A program made the position numbers and the translations under genes. This document shows positions 1 through 12,962 of a DNA stretch of 64,000 nt, in pieces (within the stretch, counting starts at the first letter, position 1; every line of letters starts with the position of its first letter). The notes beneath the pieces are model-generated. The model was not told the DNA's origin, made no database searches, and worked only from the letters and a program-made list of their open reading frames with translations. Source of the stretch: Octopus bimaculoides (lineage: Eukaryota); the NCBI RefSeq assembly GCF_001194135.2, contig NC_068981.1, positions 100,194,276-100,258,275 of the forward strand, in the 5' to 3' direction.

Positions 1-46
1 CACATAGTATAGGTATGTATGTGTGTGTTTATATACATACATACAT

Positions 47-85
<39 letters not shown>

Positions 86-839
86 NNNNNNNNNNNNNNN
101 NNNNNNNNNNNNNNNNNNNNNNNNNNNNNNNNNNNNNNNNNNNNNNNNNNNNNNNNNNNNNNNNNNNNNNNNNNNNNNNNNNNNNNNNNNNNNNNNNNNN
201 NNNNNNNNNNNNNNNNNNNNNNNNNNNNNNNNNNNNNNNNNNNNNNNNNNNNNNNNNNNNNNNNNNNNNNNNNNNNNNNNNNNNNNNNNNNNNNNNNNNN
301 NNNNNNNNNNNNNNNNNNNNNNNNNNNNNNNNNNNNNNNNNNNNNNNNNNNNNNNNNNNNNNNNNNNNNNNNNNNNNNNNNNNNNNNNNNNNNNNNNNNN
401 NNNNNNNNNNNNNNNNNNNNNNNNNNNNNNNNNNNNNNNNNNNNNNNNNNNNNNNNNNNNNNNNNNNNNNNNNNNNNNNNNNNNNNNNNNNNNNNNNNNN
501 NNNNNNNNNNNNNNNNNNNNNNNNNNNNNNNNNNNNNNNNNNNNNNNNNNNNNNNNNNNNNNNNNNNNNNNNNNNNNNNNNNNNNNNNNNNNNNNNNNNN
601 NNNNNNNNNNNNNNNNNNNNNNNNNNNNNNNNNNNNNNNNNNNNNNNNNNNNNNNNNNNNNNNNNNNNNNNNNNNNNNNNNNNNNNNNNNNNNNNNNNNN
701 NNNNNNNNNNNNNNNNNNNNNNNNNNNNNNNNNNNNNNNNNNNNNNNNNNNNNNNNNNNNNNNNNNNNNNNNNNNNNNNNNNNNNNNNNNNNNNNNNNNN
801 NNNNNNNNNNNNNNNNNNNNNNNNNNNNNNNNNNNNNNN
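86..839. other. Assembly gap (N run) flanked by (TA)n
   Basis: Ns seen directly; other gaps at 14594-15045, 21128-21496, 50325-50684, 54911-55298. ORFs spanning them are artefacts. Confidence 0.99.
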
Positions 840-856
840 TATATATATATATATAT

Positions 857-1027
857 CACTCTCTGAGTGGTTGGCGTTAGGAAGGGCATCCAGCTGTAGA
901 AACTCTGCCAAATTAGATTGGAGCCTGGTGTTGCCATCCGGTTTCACCAGTCCTCAGTCAAATCGTCCAACCCATGCTAGCATGGAAAGCGGACGTTAAA
1001 CGACGACGATGATGATGATGATGATGA
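857..1027 (+). mobile_element. RTE-type LINE/SINE 3' tail with (GAT)n end
   Basis: GAGTGGTTGGCGTTAGGAAGGGCATCCAGCTGTAGAAAC...CCAACCCATGCTAGCATGGAAAGCGGACGTTAAA(GAT)n; a diverged version of the same tail terminates the RTE LINE at about 41000-41177 and recurs many times in the window. Confidence 0.85.
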
Positions 1028-1954
1028 TATATATACAATTCCTGAAGCTAATCAGAGAAAAACTAATTAAAATTTAAGAACATAGACACATGAATGATGA
1101 AGTTAATAGCATAAAACTTTTCTAAATCTACAGAGCTACTTATGCTGACACTATAGATTTGGTACCATGTCTTTCCTTTTTTTTTTTTCTCAATGCATAA
1201 TTTTGTTTATATATATAAAAACTAAGTATTAGTCTCAATTTTCAAATAATAACATCAAACATTGTAGAGGTAAACTAGGAGTAGAACAGTAATGACTGTA
1301 ATACCTGCAAATGTCAGAATTTGAAAATACAACCTTCATAATTGTGTTTACTGTCATCTGTGTGATCTGGTGAATAGTTTAAGATATATTTTGGTTTCGC
1401 CTTTTTTTCTCTTTCCTTTTTGTGCCTTTGTTTTTTCAGGTTGGTAAAATTGAGCTACTTATTGTGTGGTAGTCTCTTGTTGATTTTGTAATAAAAATGG
1501 TTGGTTAACCTTATATAAATTAAAGTGTCTCGGGGAAAGAAAAAACATTATTCCTTCTTTCTTTCTCTCCCTACGCCACTCTCTTTTTTTACTCACCCAA
1601 AGAATAATTGACTCTTCACTCTACATCTTCTATGGGACATGACCAGAATTATAAAAGTGTTGTCTAATTTATTGTTGCAGGCAATGCTATTGAAGCCTTC
1701 CTTTTCTCTTGCCACAAACAACAATATTATTAGATTTACAGTTGCTGATGTGGTTGTGTTTACCTTTAGGTACTGTTATCACCAGGACAATGTTCATAAA
1801 GATTTGACCTTCAAATTATTCTTACACTGTAAATAAAAGCAGAGAAGGTGACTAGTAGAAACAACCAGAACTGCTGCCATCATCAGCACCACTGCTACTA
1901 CTACTACCTACACCACCATTGGCCTGCAGTTTTGAACTGCAGTGCTATCTTTTA

Positions 1955-2775
1955 TGTTTTACTAGTTTTAGTCATAAGACTGTAGCCATGCTGGGGCACC
2001 GCGTTTAAAGATTTAGTCCAACAAATTGAACTCAGTGTTTTTCTTTTCTTTTTAAGTCTGGTACTTACTTTGTTGATGTCTTTTGCTGAATCATGAGATT
2101 ACGGGGATGTCAAAAAAAACAAAACACTGTCTATCATGCAGTGATGGGAGACAAATACAAAGATATATGCATATACACTCATGTTTGTATATATATATAT
2201 GAATCCACCCCATGCCAGCATGGAAAGCACATTAAATGTTGATGAAGATGATGGTGATATATGTATATATGTGTGCGTGTGTGTGTGTGTGTAATGTATG
2301 TAGTTTATAGATTAGAGACAGGTGTTCTCTTAATAGAATATACTTTTATAGTGCTCAAGAGAATGAACTTGAGTGGGTAGAGGAGTAAATGTAAGGACAT
2401 GCAAGTTAGGCAAGTCAATATACAAAAAATATTAAATACATTTAATGCAAAAATTGTATATATGTATACATATAAATTTCTATTTCATGTAAGTCAAACT
2501 TTTTTTATATGTATACATATGTACATTATTTGTATTAAATGTACTTAATATTTTTTGTATATCAACTTGCCTAACTTGTGTGTCCTTACATTTATATATA
2601 ATGTATATGTGTGTATACATATATGTGACAGGCTTCTGGATGGTTTCCATCAACCAAATGCACTCACAAGGCATTGGTCAGTCAGGGATTAATAGCAGAC
2701 AGTCCAACATGCCACACAGTGGGACTGAACCTGAAACCACATAGTTACAAAGTGAGCTTCTCAATCACAAGTTTA
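1955..2775 (-). mobile_element. tRNA-derived SINE family A, fragmented (3' module about 1955-2160, head about 2632-2775)
   Basis: Reverse complement matches the intact copy at 59604-59997; interrupted by microsatellite, a short RTE tail and the 2386-2594 palindrome. Confidence 0.7.
2386..2594. repeat. Palindromic (fold-back/MITE-like) element, 91-bp arms, 27-nt loop
   Basis: Left arm 2386-2476 vs reverse complement of 2504-2594: about 9 mismatches in 91; TA at both outer ends. Confidence 0.9.
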
Positions 2776-3028
2776 AACAGAAGTTTATATAGAATTATAT
2801 TGAAGGTGAAGGTAATGAAATTAAGTAGAATATATCTTGAAGGCCATGTACTTGATAGACTTCTCACCAAAGATCTAGTGTGTAAAACAATGACCTAAGA
2901 TGAATAAGTAATTGAAGCTAGCATAATATAAACAAATAAAACTAAAACTGGATTTTAAGTAAGATTTGAACTTAGAATTTGAACCAAAGAACTAGACTGA
3001 ACTTGATTCATTGTAACAATATATATAA

Positions 3029-4016
3029 GCACAGGAGTGGCTGTGTGGTAAGAAGTTTACTTCCAAACCACATGCTTCTGGATTCCGTACCATTGTGTGG
3101 AACCTTGGACCAGTGGCTTCTACTATAGCTGTTCTAGGCCAGCCAAAGCCTTGTGAGTGGATTTGGTAAATGGAAACTGAAAGAAGCCCATCATATATAC
3201 GTATGTATCTATGTGCATGTGTCTTTGTGTCCATGTTTGTCCTTATCACCACTTGACAACTGGTGTTGGCATGTTTACATCCCAGTAAGTTAGCAGTTCA
3301 GCAAAAGAGACAAATTGAATAAGCACCAGGTCAGTGGTTTCCAACCCTTTTATTGAAATGAGTTTTCCCATGGACTCCTTTTAATATGCTTATCCATGGT
3401 CAGTTTGGATGATTTGGCTGTAAAACCTGCTCTGTGTAAGCATTTGATTTGTTTGGGCACGCTTATGTTAAAAAACAATTTTAGAATGACTTTTTCTGTC
3501 AAAACACAAAAAATAACTGACCAACAAAAAAAAACCAATATCCAACCAAATCAAAAAATAAACCCAAATACTAAACGAACAAAGATGAATCATCCCACTT
3601 CTATTGCGCACGCACATGCACAGACACGCACACACACACAAACACACATGCACACACACACAAACACACACGCACACACACACGCACACACACACATTCA
3701 GATATCCCCCTTTTACATACGCATATATTCATACAGAGTTGAAACGCTGTTTGATTTATTTTTTCGGCATACACTACCAAATATGACATCACCCTTTCCT
3801 TTCTTATTCATCTATCACTCCTTCCTTTCTCATTCATAAACACAAGAGTATTATTATAGTAGATTATCTCAGTAACCATGGGAGCTATGAAAAAATACAA
3901 AGCCCAGCATCACCACCGGATCATTCTACACACCTGTGTGATTTTTCGCGCAATTCCACCCAGCCGTTTGACCGTGAATCCCAAGACAAGAAAGAATCAC
4001 CCATGTCAAATTTATA

Positions 4017-4064
<48 letters not shown>

Positions 4065-4250
4065 TGAAATTTTGAATTTAGTTCACAGACCCCCAGTTCT
4101 ACCTTTGTGGACCACCAGGGGTCCGCGGACCTCAGGTTGGGAACCACTGTACTAAGCTTTAAAAATATATCCTGGGATTGAATTGTTCAACAAAAAACTT
4201 CAAGACAGTGCCACAGTCAAAATGACTGAAACAAGTAAAAGAATAAAAGA
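3029..4250 (+). mobile_element. SINE family A copy split by a hAT insertion (3029-3331 and 4150-4250)
   Basis: A-box-like TGGCTGTGTGG head; SINE sequence resumes after 4149 and ends ...ATGACTGAAACAAGTAAAAG. Confidence 0.8.
3332..4149. mobile_element. Non-autonomous hAT (Charlie-like) DNA transposon
   Basis: TIRs CAGTGGTTTCCAACC (3332) and GGTTGGGAACCACTG (ends 4149); degenerate 8-bp TSD caccaggt/tactaagc, both 2 changes from host SINE taccaggc. Confidence 0.8.
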
Positions 4251-4329
4251 ATATATGTATATTCACACATATGCAACACACACATACACACATATAAAGA
4301 AGCCTGTCATATATAAATATGAGTATGTG

Positions 4330-4560
4330 TGTGTGTGTGTTACTGTCTCCTTGCCTTGACATTTTGTGATAACTGTAAACACGTTGCCACTGTCATGCAA
4401 GCATCCTTCATTTCCTATTTTGCATGCAAACATGTCTGGTATTGGGGAAATATTATCTTACTTGGAAACAGGTGAGGGTTTGCAACAGGAAGGTCATCTA
4501 GTCATAGAAAATCCACCTCTATAAATTCTGTTCAACCTGTGCTAGCAGGGAAAAGTAGAT
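4330..4560 (+). mobile_element. SINE/LINE-tail family D (CAGGTGAGGGTT..GGAAGG..CATC), also at about 56930-57150 and 58650-58890
   Basis: Three related copies in window; 3' end resembles the RTE tail and ends in (GAT)n. Confidence 0.65.
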
Positions 4561-4567
4561 GTCAAAA

Positions 4568-4735
4568 TGACAATGGTGATAGTGGTGATGATGATGATGA
4601 TGTCACCACTGCCACTGCTGTCACTGCCACCACTGTCACTGCCGTCACTGCTGCCACTGCTATTGCCAACACCAATACAGACACCAATCCCACTGACAAT
4701 GCTGCCACCACTGCCACCGACGACGACAGTAATAT
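4568..4735. repeat. Degenerate trinucleotide/ACTGCC-type low-complexity repeat
   Basis: (GAT)n then CACTGCC/GTCACTGCC iterations; explains the low-complexity ORFs. Confidence 0.85.
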
Positions 4736-5504
4736 TACTTGAATCACTTCGGTCAATTTCTCTATCTCCTGCACCAAAATTAACCAAACATATACAAAAT
4801 TGGCAAACCAAAATATTGATGCAGTTTTGATTCCCAGTTAGATCCAATTCACTTTATCATAGGCCAGTGATTCTCAGTAGAGGTGTGGGGGTGGGGAATG
4901 CATATGAATATCATTCACTTTCATTTCCTTTCTTATAAATTTGTAAACTCCTTCATAAAATAAATCAAAACACCAGATGGCTGACAAGTAAGGCCGAATT
5001 TAACATTTTAATAATATTCAAATGTTGCTTTACTTTGTAAGACCAGCAAGTAAAGTATTAATATTGGAAAATTTTACTATAAACTTATTTCGATGACTCC
5101 ATCCTAATTTCTTTGTTATTGTCTCACTGTAGTAGATTAATAATAGCCTGACTTGCCACAAACAGCTTTCATTTGCTTCATGGAAATATTTCTGTGATTA
5201 GAAGGGGAAAAATTTGAATAATAATATCATTCATATAGAACACTCTATGTTATTTGTTTGTCAGGAATTGGAAATTCGAGCAGAATGTGTACATATGTCT
5301 GGTTGTTTATGTATACATATGTGAATGCAAATCATCATTATCATCATCATCATCACCACCATGCCTGCATTTTCACGATGTCATAGATTGGACAAAATAT
5401 ATGCATACACACACATGCACAAATACAAACACATATAGGGCATGTGTATACTAGATTATGTGCAGTCATATTTATATACATATGCACATACAAATGTATA
5501 TATC

Positions 5505-5680
5505 ATCATCCACATCATTTAATGTCTGTTTTCCATGCTGGTATAGTTTGGATGATATGACAGGAACTGGCCAACTAGGAGCTGCCCAGGCACCAATTGT
5601 CTGTTTTGGCATGATTTCTGCAGCTGGATGCCCTTCCTAAGGCCAACTACTTTACAGAGTGTACGGGGTGCTCTTTTATG
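5505..5680 (-). mobile_element. RTE-type 3' tail, minus strand
   Basis: CATCAT..TTTAATGTCTGTTTTCCATGCTGG...CAGCTGGATGCCCTTCCTAA is the reverse complement of the recurrent tail. Confidence 0.75.
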
Positions 5681-5687
5681 TATGTAC

Positions 5688-5725
<38 letters not shown>

Positions 5726-6104
5726 AACAAAGTTATTTTATTGCACATGGGTAGGAATATAGGAAAAATAGAAATTGAAAATTTTTATTAATATATTTAA
5801 AGCTTTAACCAGTTTCACAGATTACATTGATTTTCAAAAAGTTCAAATAGAAAGATGTGGTTTATATTGCAGCTGTCTTGCTGCTGACTAGTGTTTGAAG
5901 CTTGCCCTATTTTTATAGGTAGTTCATGGCTCAAATTGGTATATGTTTTGAATAGAATTTTATTGGTAGAAGATAGTCACATGACTGGTCTTAGAAATTT
6001 TTGTAGGTTCCCTGCTACGTCCATGTGTTAGTATCAAGTGACAATATTTAGCATCATAAGTTCAGGCTGAAGCGGTTGACTGAACATACCCAAACAATCA
6101 ATGC

Positions 6105-6406
6105 TCTGAATGTTTTCTGTCAAGTGTTTCTGGGAAATTAATATATGGTTTGAACTTTCACAAATATCTGCTAGAAAACTGGAAATATTACTTAGATGAT
6201 TGCCTAATCCTATGGATGCACATATCTGAACAACTTATTGAAACAGATATTCACTACAAACAAACAGATTCTAAACAATACTAACTGTTCTCCTGATGCC
6301 ATCCCACATGACGAATAATATTCCCTTTAATCTAGCAAGAAGAATCTGCACAATTGTCTCAAACCCTGAAACTCACAATAAAAGACTCCAGGAACTAAAA
6401 CAAGTA
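6105..6406 (+). pseudogene. Penelope-like element reverse transcriptase remnant
   Basis: Manual translation IYGLNFHKYLLENWKYYLDDCLILW (YLDD at 6189-6200), then ETDIHYKQTDSKQY*LFS*CHP / NNIPFNLARRICTIVSNPETHNKRLQELKQV: PLE RT catalytic and thumb motifs with deletion, stops and a frameshift. Confidence 0.85.
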
Positions 6407-6795
6407 TGGCTGTCAGACAATTTCTTCGACCACATCACCCATAACATCTGGCCACCTAACTCTCCATACTGCAACCCCTTTGATTATTACGTGTGGGGCA
6501 CAGTTGGGCAAGAGACCACCAAAACACCTTATAACACCAAAGATGAACTGAAGGCAAGGATTATGGCAGTGTTCACTAGCTTAAACAAAAAATCTGTCTA
6601 GAAGAGTTGCAAGAGATTCTGAAGTCGTCTGGAAGCCATGGTTGAAGCCAATGGTGGTTTTAGCAAAAAAATTTACTCTTTATTATTTCAAGGTATTTTT
6701 ATGTAATTTTGGTAAATATATCTGTTAAAATGAGATGTCAGTGTTATTTTCATTTTTGCGTAATTTAGACGACAATTTATTCACAATACCCTGTA
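6407..6795 (+). mobile_element. Tc1/mariner maT(DD37D)-type transposon 3' end
   Basis: WLSDNF...IWPPNSPYCNPFDYYVWGTV...ELKARI...SRLEAMVEANGG; right TIR ...GACAATTTATTCACAATACCCTG followed by TA; TIR resembles the copy at 24135-24538. Confidence 0.85.
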
Positions 6796-6844
6796 TATAT
6801 CAGGAGAGAGAGACATAGATACACATATACAAGCACACATATAT

Positions 6845-7005
6845 GCTGGTAAATTGGCCAAGTAGTTAGAGCATTAAATAGAATGTTTTGCCATATTTGT
6901 CCTAGCTCCCTCTGTTCTGAGGTCAAATACCCCAATGTCAACTTTACTTTTTATCCTTCATGGGTTGATAAATAAAGTACCAGCCATGTACTGGGGTCAG
7001 TACTC
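6845..7005 (+). mobile_element. tRNA-derived SINE family B (decayed)
   Basis: Matches head and body of the intact copy at 39705-39936. Confidence 0.7.
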
Positions 7006-7017
7006 TGCTCTCTCTCA

Positions 7018-7662
<645 letters not shown>

Positions 7663-9363
7663 TATATCTTGCTGTACCTATGCAATATTTCTAGGATCAT
7701 TGAATATATAAATAATTGACAAACTTCTAAAATTTAAAAACCTTACCTATCAAATTTTTATATGTAATTAGGATTATTTTAGTTTCATTTAAATAATTAT
7801 GTTTATTTATTTCGTGTGTCTGTATATCACCATATTTGCATTATATCAAAAAGAAAAATAATGATATCAATTAAAAATCTAAAAATTTGATATTGTTATA
7901 GTTTTTATTGATTCATAAGACAAAAAATGAAATTACAATTGCATAATTGCAAGTGATTCAGTGTTTAGATGAAATTGACATTCTTTTAAAACTATTCTTA
8001 AAAGACTGAATTTAACTCATTCTTATACACAGTCTACATTAGGGGCTTTAGACTGCAGTAATTCTTTTATTCCAATTCTATTGACGTTAAAGAAACATTT
8101 TTTGCATCTTGTTACCTTCTAATTTTGTTTCTACTTACTTTGATATTTGTATCACTTTTCTTATGAATTCCTGTCTCATTCTCTGTACATTTTGTTGCAT
8201 ACATTTTTATAGAAAAATCATTGTTATTTCTCATTTATAAAAATTTCATTTTGCAAGTTATATTATAGTTTCTGCTTCCTTTTCCAATAATAATTTGACT
8301 AGCAATTCCAGAAAAGTAAGGGAAAATAAGTCTTGTGCTCATGTCTGTTCTGGCTTAAAATGCCACAGTTCTCAATTTTGAAGTATTTGTGAAAATTTTC
8401 TCTTGCAACCTTCAGTAATTTTCTTTTACTTAAATAATTTCTATAATCGTTTTAATTGTTTCTGCTTATTTTTGTAAAAAGAAAAAAACTCCCATCATCG
8501 TCTTTTTAATACTTTCTCTCTTTCTTGTCACATTTCAGCTTGTTTTGGCATTTTATATCAGATCCTTTTGCTTTTCTTACTTTCATTTTCTCTCTGTCAT
8601 TTATTCTTTTTTTATCACCATGGTAATTCAAACATAGGATGAGCATATAGACAGGTTATTATCTTACATACATGCACACAGATATTGAATGGATGAGCAC
8701 ATAGACTAACAATTAACATACATGCATTTAAACACACATACATGCACACACATACAGACACTTATATTGAAACAAACTTATCATGCTAAATAGTGAAGTC
8801 AATGCTATAAGCTAAGAAATTTTAATTAAAAGACACAACTCAATCGATAAATGTGGAAATCAAGATATCAAAACACTTGAAAATAAAAGGTATAAGTGAA
8901 ATGTTGACGAATTTTACACACATGTCATAATTTAGCAAACTAAAGTGAATTGATATATAAGAAAATTATAATAACTCAAAAGATATTTTAAAATATGAAA
9001 AAGAATTATAATATGTTGAAATATTTAGTATGTTGTTTTTCAAATATCATAGTGATAAAAACATATCTTATTACGAAAAGCAAAGTTGATGTACATACAT
9101 TCAATTTATATATGTTAAGATATATAATTATATGATGAATCAATATAAGAAGTAAATGTGCATAAGAGAAAAATTAATAGCCTTTCTTTATAAGTATTTT
9201 GTCTTCATGACCCCAAGCAAGAACAACAATATAAAGTCTATGTTGGCATTGTTTCATCTAATTCACCTTCAATGTATTTAGAACCATGCATCTTCCATCC
9301 ATGAGGTTGCTTTTCTATCTAGTTTGATTTAAATGCTCCCAGCATTAAATGAGTTAAAATTAA

Positions 9364-9533
9364 GGTACAAGCATGGCTGTGAGGTAAATAGTTAGCTTCC
9401 TAACCACATGGTTCAGGTTCAGTCACATTGCATGTCTCCTTGGGCAAGTGTCTTGTACTATAGCCTCGGGTTAACCAAAGCCTTGTGAATGGATTTGGCA
9501 AATGGAAACTGAAAGAAGTTCATTGCGTATGTA

Positions 9534-9581
<48 letters not shown>

Positions 9582-9802
9582 TATATATATATATGTTTGT
9601 GTGTGTCTCTTTGTTTGTATTTCACCACCACTTGACAACTAGACATGGTTTGTTTACGTCCTTGTAACTTAACAGTTCAGCAAAGAGACTGACAAAATAA
9701 GTATCAGGCTTAAAAGTAAGTACTGCGATTGATTTGTTCAACTAAAAATTCTTCAAGGTGGTGCCCCAGGATAGCCACATTCTAATGACTGAAACAGATA
9801 TA
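9364..9802 (+). mobile_element. SINE family A, near full length
   Basis: Head, CCTTGGGCAAGTGTCTT core, central TA/CA tract, 3' module ending GACTGAAACAG. Confidence 0.85.
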
Positions 9803-10454
9803 AATTCCTTTTAATTTCACACTTTAAATTCTGAAAACCTTATTCAGACAAATCTTTCCGCTTGTTTTTTTAGTTTATTATGAGCTTTCCAAAATTTTCT
9901 AGAGTCAATTTTTACATGTATATTATATAGAAACTCTATTTTGAATAGTTGCACACTTCAAAGATATATCTTTTTAATGGTAACATTTGCACAAGTGCAA
10001 ATCACATATCTTGGGAAGTCACAGTTTTGTATAAGACAAATCAACATTAAAAAAATATACATCAATCTACAAGTGGCCAAGACATTTATGACCTGTATCT
10101 GGTTGCCAGCACTACTTTGGCTAAAATATTTCAAACTCATATGACTCAGTTAACCTGATTGTAAAGCAACAGTGCAGTATAGGAACAACTTACTGTTGCA
10201 GGCAGGACCACTATAAAACTGACAAGATGTTTGTCAACTTGTAGTGCTGGATTTAACTTAATCTGTGAGCCTGGAGAATCTACTTCAGTAGTCAATTTTA
10301 TGCTAGAGTACCTTTACCATTGGATCTAGGCACTGGTTCTAACTATAGACTGCACTAGAAAGCTGATATGTAGAAGCTAATTACCTAATGAATTCATCAT
10401 GCATTTTATATCTTTACTAGTATATTTATGCTGTCAATATTAATGCTAAATATG

Positions 10455-10668
10455 AAGGCAGTGAACTGACAGAATCATTAGAAACTTGGGCAAAATGCTT
10501 AGAGGCATTTCGTCTGTCTTTATGTTCTGAGTTCAAATTCCACCAAGGCCTACTCACCTTTCATCCTTTCAGAGTTGATAAAATAAGTACCAAATGAGCA
10601 CTGGGGTCAATGTAATCAGCTTCCCCTTCCCCTGAAAGTGTTGGCCTTGTGCCAACATTTGAAACCAA
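10455..10668 (+). mobile_element. SINE family B
   Basis: GTGAACTGACAGAATCATTAG... B-box GAGTTCAAATTCC... ATAAGTACC..CTGGGGTCAATG. Confidence 0.85.
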
Positions 10669-11807
10669 TATTAATGGAAAATGTGTGTTTATCTTACTTA
10701 AATATGTTGAAAATAATAATAAAATATGATTGACACAGATATTTACATGTATTAGACTTTGCATTGAACAAGCTACAAAAATTAATTTTCAGTTTAATAT
10801 TTGCTTTAACAGTACCTTAACTGAAAATTTAACTAATATATGTAGCTTCCCAGCTACTCACACCCACCCTTATATAAAGGAGATTAGCCATATACCTTTT
10901 CTATTGTAAGACACTTGTACTTGTCCCTCTATCATATTTAAGCCTCTCAGCACCAGGTTTAAAGCCACTTACTCCTCCAAAATACCCTATTTAGTTAAAA
11001 CACTAATTGCACACTGTAAAGCTGTAGAAACCACGCCAAAGTTGAAACAAGAATTTGATGCAGCTCTGCAGTTTACTGGATCCTATCAAAACATCTAATA
11101 CATTTTAGCATATAAAAAAGATATTAAATGGTGATGATGTACATAATATTCGAGGCAGATACCTTCAAAAAAATTGGAAGTAGCTCTTCATGTGACACAA
11201 ATTATATAAATACACAATGACATTTATTATAAGGATGATTTTAAAGTTAATTATTTAGTCCTACTAGTCTATTTTTGCTCTCATATATATTCGGTACAAT
11301 ATCAGCATGTTAATTGTATAAACAGACTGAACATATACCCTATGTAAGTCACATTGTTTTATGTAACTCATTCTTAAATCGTCTTCTCTTTTCATATATT
11401 GAAATAATATTAATCGTAATGAAATTATTGTATACAGTATTCAGGTGCACTACAACTCATTGGAAAATGTCGCCAAAAGTGCATGAACTGTACATAGAAT
11501 AATGCACAAGAAATGAACAATGAATGAGTCGTTTCAAAAAAACAAAAAGAAGGTGGATATCAGGTGTACTTTTGGCAAATTTCAGGAAGCATGGATGTTT
11601 TGAAGGATATTATATATGTATGTAGAGCAAATGGATCCTTTACAAATAAAATTTGTTTTGCATTTGTAATGATATTTCTATTAATAATGTACATTAACTT
11701 ATAACCCTTTTATATAATATTTCCCATACACATATATTCCCATACATAGTTACAAATATGTGTATATGTGTGTGCACATGAGAAAGAGAGAGCAAGCATA
11801 TCTTTTG

Positions 11808-12432
11808 TCTTTTACATGTTTCAGTCATTAGACTGTGGCCATGTGGGGTACTGCCTAGAAGGATTTTAGTTGAATGAATCACTCCAGTATCATTTTTTAT
11901 TCAAAGCTTGGTACTTATTTATATTGATCTCTTTTGTTGAACTGCTAAGTTACGGGGGCATGAACACATCAACACCAGTTGTCAAGTGGTGATGGAGGAC
12001 AAACACAGATGCAAAGACATACACACACACATGCACATAAATATATATATATATATTTATTTATGTAAAAATCACCCACTACATGCTTGGAGTGGTTGGC
12101 ATTAGAAAGGGCACCCAGCTGTAGAAATCTTGCCAAATCAGATTGGAACCTGGTGCATCTCTCCAGCTTACCAGTTTTCAGTCAAACTGTCCAACCCATG
12201 CTAGCATGGAAAATGGATATTAAATGATGATGATGATGATGACAAATATATATGTATATATATATTTATATATGATGGGCTTCTTTCAGTTTCCATCTGC
12301 CAAATCCACTCACAAGAGTTTGGACAACCTGAAGCTCTAGTAGAAGACACTTGCTAGGTGCCATGCAGTGGGACTGAACCTGAAATCATGTGGTTGGGAA
12401 GCAAACTTCTTACCACACAGCCATACCTATGC
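11808..12432 (-). mobile_element. SINE family A with an RTE tail (12073-12243, +) nested in its central microsatellite
   Basis: 3' module 11808-12010 and head 12274-12432 on minus; opposite-strand RTE tail between them. Confidence 0.8.
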
Positions 12433-12962
12433 TATATTAATCATATTTTTCAATTTGTTGAGTACTAGTGATATCTTTAGTTAACATACTAGTCAGGAGA
12501 GGAATACATGTGTTCAAATTAATGGCATTATATTCTAGTACTTATTTTGTTCACTCCAAACTGAAAAAAAAAAATGTAGAGTTTACTTTGGTGAATGATC
12601 TCAGGGCATAGGCTGCTAAGTAGTATTACTTTGATGTTCTATTTTTCCTGCCAGCTTCCTGCTCACAGAACAGACTACTTACTCAATATTATTTATATGT
12701 AATTGGCATGTATATGAAGATAAATAATTATATGGTATTTATTGACACACAGTTTGTATGAGTATAGACAGGTAGACAGAGTGATGGATTGGCAAATGGC
12801 CAGATATTACTCTGTGCCTCCTGATTTTAGAATGAGTGCATTGTGTCCTTGTGTGTTATAAGTGGCAACCAAAAGGGTTAACAACAGAAAGGACATTCTA
12901 TCGTAAAACACTGGCACAGAACCAGTCCAATCCATTCGACAAGGAAAAGTAGAAGTAAAATT

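Noticed and set aside
15-999. Long ORFs across N gaps (also near 14.5-15.1, 21-21.6, 50-50.9 and 54.6-55.6 kb)
   Set aside because: Open only because Ns and dinucleotide repeats contain no stops.
1400-1760. Polypyrimidine-AG acceptor-like sites (about 1439, 1680, 1740)
   Set aside because: No consistent donor or frame; cannot support an exon.
8050-8630. Strand-biased, A-rich codon-like minus-strand tract
   Set aside because: Frequent stops in all frames and no identifiable motif.
10170-10330. Open frames on both strands with candidate splice sites and a 40-nt hairpin (10209-10246)
   Set aside because: No recognisable protein motif; conflicting strands; hairpin too short for a pre-miRNA call.
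11433-11492. Tiny TACAGT...ACTGTA inverted repeat
   Set aside because: Arms short and gapped; could be a MITE relic or chance.
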